From NCBI RefSeq assembly GCF_963921235.1, contig NC_086108.1, forward strand, positions 10,106,001 through 10,170,000: a stretch of DNA of 64,000 nucleotides, written 5' to 3'. The translations under genes were made by a program, and so were the position numbers. Of the stretch, positions 59,995 through 64,000 are shown piece after piece; the stretch's first letter is position 1, and each line of letters starts with the position of its first letter. The notes beneath the pieces are model-generated. The model was not told the DNA's origin, searched no databases, and saw only the letters and a program-made list of their open reading frames with translations. This DNA is from Mobula hypostoma. Taxonomy: Eukaryota.

Positions 59995-60445
59995 GGCAAC
60001 ACACACAAAATGCTGGAGGAACCCAGCAGGTCAGGCAGCATCTGTGGAGATGAACAGACAGTTGACATTTTGGGCCGAGGCCCTTCTTCAGGACCGAGAA
60101 GGAAGGGGGAAGACGACAGAATAAAAAGGTGGGGGGAGGGGAAGGAGCTAGCTAGAAGGTGATAGGTGAAGCCAGGTGGGTGGGAGAGGTCAAGGGCTTG
60201 AGAGGAAGGAATCTGATAGGAGAGGAGAGTGGACCACAGGAGAAAGGGGAAGAGGAGGAGACCCAAGGGGAAGGAATAGGCAGGTGAGAGGAGGTAAAAG
60301 GTCAGAGTGGGGGGTGGGGAGATATGTGTTCACCAGAAGGAGGTCAATATTCATGCCATCCGGTTGAAGGCTACTCATACAGAATATAAGGTGTTGCTCC
60401 TCCACTCTGAGGTTGGCCTTATCTTGGCACAAGAGGACGCCATGG
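59995..60445 (-). mobile_element. Penelope-like 3' fragment
   Basis: Minus-strand LRVEEQHLIFCMSSLQPDGMNID and a decayed hammerhead at about 60060-60094. Confidence 0.85.
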
Positions 60446-61281
60446 ATTAAATGAAATATCTTGTCGAGTCCATGACAACAGGTGGAAAGTAATGGCATGG
60501 CGCAGAGCCTGCGGTGCAGTCTGAGGCTGGGCAATGGAGAGGTACTGAGTGAAGGCTTTGGGAAAATCACAGCACTCTTCAGGACAGGGGTGTGGAAAAG
60601 GTAACTGGGTTTGATCCGTAATAAAACCAGAGAATTCGATAAATAACAGGTGGTGTGTTTGCCAATTGCTGGCTGCTGTCAGAGGAAGGTCCCTGCACTC
60701 GAGCGATCCCTTTCTTCCGATGGAGAGAGCCTGGTGGTCCTTAAGATGGGGGTGGGGGGGCTCGCGATTTGGGGAAGTGACACAAAAGATTGTCACATCA
60801 CAACAGCGAGCTGCTGGTTTCCCGCTCACGTTATTGCAGGAACAATCTCTCTCTTGCTTCCTGGAGAGTGAAAGACCCTGTCTGAGTTACTAAAGTGCTC
60901 GTTTGTGAACTGTACTTTGATTGGGTGGGGGGGTGGGGAGAGCCTGTCTGACATACCGAAGTGTGGGTTTGTGGGACAGACTCTGGGTCAATGGACTCTT
61001 TGGTGTTTCTTCAACTGCTCGCATGGTGGGGGGGTGGGGTGTCAGTATTTCTGCGGGTGGGGGTGGAGGGTGGGGTGGGGTGGAGGGTGGAGGGTGGAGG
61101 GTGGGGTCGGTGCTTTCGCTGCTGCTTGTGTGAAGGGGTGGCTTCAGGGCTTTGATGTTTCTATTGTTCTATGGGGTTTCTTTGTTTCATGGATCTCTGT
61201 GCAGAGTAAGAATTTCAGGTTGTTTACTGCATACAAATTCTGATATTAAATGTAATTTGAAACTCTTGAAACTTGAAATAA

Positions 61282-61429
61282 TCAACAGGTCAGGGAGACA
61301 CCCAACAGGTCAGTGAGTGCCTGGAGAGATAAACTCAACAGGTCAGGGAGACACCCAACAGGTCAGTGAGTGTCTGGAGAGATAAACTCAACAGGTCAGG
61401 GAGACACCCAACAGGTCAGTGAGTGTCTG
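61282..61429. repeat. 53-bp tandem repeat, ~2.8 copies
   Basis: TCAACAGGTCAGGGAGACACCCAACAGGTCAGTGAGTG at 61282, 61335 and 61388. Confidence 0.9.
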
Positions 61430-61496
61430 TGGACAGAGGAACAGATGGTCAGGTTGAAGGCTTTTGCTCTGGCAAGGAGCAGTGAGGGGTGTAGAG

Positions 61497-61577
61497 CAGG
61501 GACGCCAACCCTTTTTTTAATGCCATGGACCAGTACCATCAAGCGAGGTGTCCGTGGACCCCAGACTGGGACAGCTG
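61497..61577. mobile_element. hAT MITE (degenerate)
   Basis: Internal TGCCATGGACC...TCCGTGGACCCCAG is shared with the other copies. No clear TSD. Confidence 0.6.
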
Positions 61578-62604
61578 TGAGATACAGTATGCTAACAGGC
61601 TTTTCCACTCTAACAAGCTCACGTGTTGCAACTAACCTATTAACCCCAACTCTGGGAGGAAACTGGAGCACCCAGAGGAAACCCACGCAGTCACAGGGAG
61701 AAGGTACAAACTCCTTACAGGCAGCGGTGAGAATTGAATCTGGGTTGCTGACACAGTGTTACTTTAACCACTACGCTACTGTGCCGTTGTCTAGCCTGAG
61801 GGTTATGGGGAAAGGTAGCCAAGCTGAGACGTTAACCCGGGAGTCTGAACATTACTCTTCCCCATAGGATGGTGCGAGCAGCGTCTTTGAATTTTATTAG
61901 GGTGGTGGGGGGGGGTGGTTGGTGTTGCAAAAGGAACAATTTACAATGACCAGTTAACCTACCAGTACGTCTTTGGACCGTGGGACAAAACCGGAGCACC
62001 CGGAGGAAACCCACGTGGTCACGGGGAGAACGTACAAACTCCTTACAGACAGCGGCGGGAATTGAACCAGGGTCACCTGTACTGTAAAGCGTTGTGCTAA
62101 CCACTACGCTATTGCGCCAAAGGACATGGGACAGTACATCACAGCACAGTACAGGTCCTTTGGCCCACGATGTTGTGGCAACCCTTGAACCTACTCTGAG
62201 ATCAAATGAAACCTTCCCTCCCACATAGCCCCCCCGCTTTACTCACCCCTCTCAAATGAAATACGTTTCCTATGTTGCTACCTCATGTTCACAAGCTTCT
62301 ACTCCAGCTGACTAAACTGTTCACTGAATCTCCATTTTCATAAATAAAGCAGCATTTAAAAGTACCTAATTAATTTAGCCTGCAATTCTCAGAAGAGATC
62401 GCTGATTAGTGAGAGCGGTAAAGTACCCTGTAATTGTGTCCTCCCACACTTTGATGCTCTGCCAGTTACAAGGTTTTCATTGCTTGCAGGATATTTCTGG
62501 ATGTTGCAGCTTCTGAGGGCTGCCTGCAGCCAGAGGGCTTGGGAGGCCCGTGTGGGGATGGTGTTGTGGACTTACCCACCGAGGAAGGCTAAACCAGATT
62601 TCCA

Positions 62605-63220
62605 ATTGAGGTTTGATAAGGCATTGGTCAGATGGCACTTGGAGTATTGTGAGCAGTTTTGGGCCCCTTGTTGAAGCAAAGACGTGCTGCCACTTGAGAG
62701 GGTCCAGGGGTGGTTCATAAGAATGATCCAGGGAATGAAACAGTTAACGTATCAGGAGTGTTTGAAGGCTCTGGACCTGCAGCTTAGAAGAATAACGGGG
62801 AAACCTACCAAATATTGAAAGGCTAAGATAAAGTGGGTGTAGAGATAATGTTTCCTATAGTGGGGGAGTCTGGGATCAGAGGGCACAACTTCACCACAGA
62901 AAAGGGATTCCCAATAATTTTTATGCCATGGACCTACACCATTAACCAAGGGATCCGTGGAGCTCGGGTTGGGAACACCTGGAATGGAGGGAATTCTATT
63001 CAGAACAGAGAAGAGGAGGAATTTCTTTAGACAGACGGTGGTGAATCTGTGGAATTTGTTGCCACAGACAGCTGTGGAGGCCAAGTTATTGGGTATACTT
63101 AAAGTGGAGGTTGATAGGTTCTTAGGTTGATAGGTTACGGAGAGAAGGCAGGAGAATGGGGTTGAGAAGGATAATAAATCAGCCATGATGGAATAGCGGA
63201 GCAGACCTGACAGGACGAAT
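62605..63220 (+). mobile_element. Old CR1 3' fragment with a hAT MITE at about 62902-62981
   Basis: KALVRWHLEYCEQFWAP, plus MITE core GGGATTCCCAAT...GGTTGGGAACACCTG. Confidence 0.75.
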
Positions 63221-63491
63221 GTCCCCAGCACATCCTCAAGTGAGCTTGTTATTAACACAAATGACACATTTCACCAAATGTCTTGATGCACAATAAATTT
63301 ATATTTGAATCGGAATTCGAATTTCAACTGTCGATGTTCCGGCTGAGACCCTTCATCGGGAATGGAAAGGAAAGGGGCAGATATTAGAAGGGCAAACACG
63401 AGGAAATCTGCAGATGCTGGAATTTCAAGCAACACACATAAAAATTGCTGGTGAACGCAGCAGGCCAGGCAGCATCTCTCGGAAGAGGTAC

Positions 63492-63527
63492 AGTTGACGT
63501 TTCAGGCCGAGACCCTTCGTCAGGACT
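63492..63527 (-). ncRNA. Minimal type-I hammerhead ribozyme motif
   Basis: AGTC-CTGACGA-A-GGGT(CTCG)GCCT-GAAA-CG-TC/AACT. A single change from the 27801 copy, in stem I next to the cleavage site. Confidence 0.7.
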
Positions 63528-63822
63528 AACTGAAGGAAGAGTGAGTAAGGGATTTGAAAGTGGGAGGGGGAGGGGGAGATCCAAAATGATAGGAGAAGAC
63601 AGGAGGGGGAGGGATGGAGCCAAGAGCTGGACAGGTGATAGGCAAAAGGGGATACGAGAGGATCATGGGACAGGAGGTCCGGGAAGAAAGACAAGGGGGG
63701 GGGTGACCCAGAGGATGGGCAAGAGGTATATTCAGAGGGACAGAGGGAGAAAAAGGAGAGTGAGAGAAAGAATGTGTGTATAAAAATAAGTAACAGCTGG
63801 GGTACGAGGGGGAGGTGGGGCC

Positions 63823-63999
63823 TTAGCGGAAGTTAGAGAAGTCGATGTTCATGCCATCAGGTTGGAGGCTACCCAGACGGAATATAAAGTGTTGTTCCTC
63901 CAACCTGAGTGTGGCTTCATCTTTACAGTAGAGGAGGCCGTGGATAGACATGTCAGAATGGGAATGGGATGTGGAATTAAAATGTGTGGCCACTGGGAG
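63823..63999 (-). CDS. C-terminus of a Penelope-like GIY-YIG endonuclease (partial)
   Basis: LPVATHFNSTSHSHSDMSIHGLLYCKDEATLRLEEQHFIFRLGSLQPDGMNIDFSNFR*, open to the window edge. Confidence 0.85.
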   Translation of the reverse strand, partial: LPVATHFNSTSHSHSDMSIHGLLYCKDEATLRLEEQHFIFRLGSLQPDGMNIDFSNFR

Positions 64000-64000
64000 A

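Larger units (their letters stand above)
63391..64000 (-). mobile_element. Young Penelope-like element 3' end (continues beyond the window)
   Basis: GIY-YIG C-terminus, pyrimidine-rich 3' UTR, hammerhead and pLTR end. Confidence 0.9.

Overview
Eukaryotic, repeat-dominated DNA, intergenic or intronic. The repeat families (CR1/HER1-type LINEs, V-SINEs, Penelope-like elements) suggest a cartilaginous fish, probably a ray; this is inference. I found no recognisable host protein-coding exon. Main contents: (i) a Tc1-like element stretched to about 10 kb (8877-18774) by a nested hAT/Charlie transposon, a CR1 tail, a 6.6-kb minisatellite (136 near-perfect 45-bp units grown out of older 46-bp units) and a solo LTR; (ii) two young, nearly identical 5'-truncated CR1 LINEs in inverted orientation about 12 kb apart; (iii) Rex1/Babar LINEs and a HERO-like restriction-endonuclease retrotransposon fragment; (iv) about ten Penelope-like 3' ends carrying minimal type-I hammerhead ribozyme motifs, one with an intact core and stem I at 27801-27836; (v) an ~80-bp hAT MITE family that repeatedly hits NTCTAGAN-like sites inside other repeats; (vi) a 6.2-kb G/A-rich, C-poor tract containing a recent non-coding retroelement with a 24-bp target-site duplication (TSD). 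The giant ORFs at 11.5-18.2 kb and the P/S/H-rich ORFs at 39-45 kb are by-products of repeats. All family assignments come from motif recognition, not database searches, and many element boundaries are approximate.
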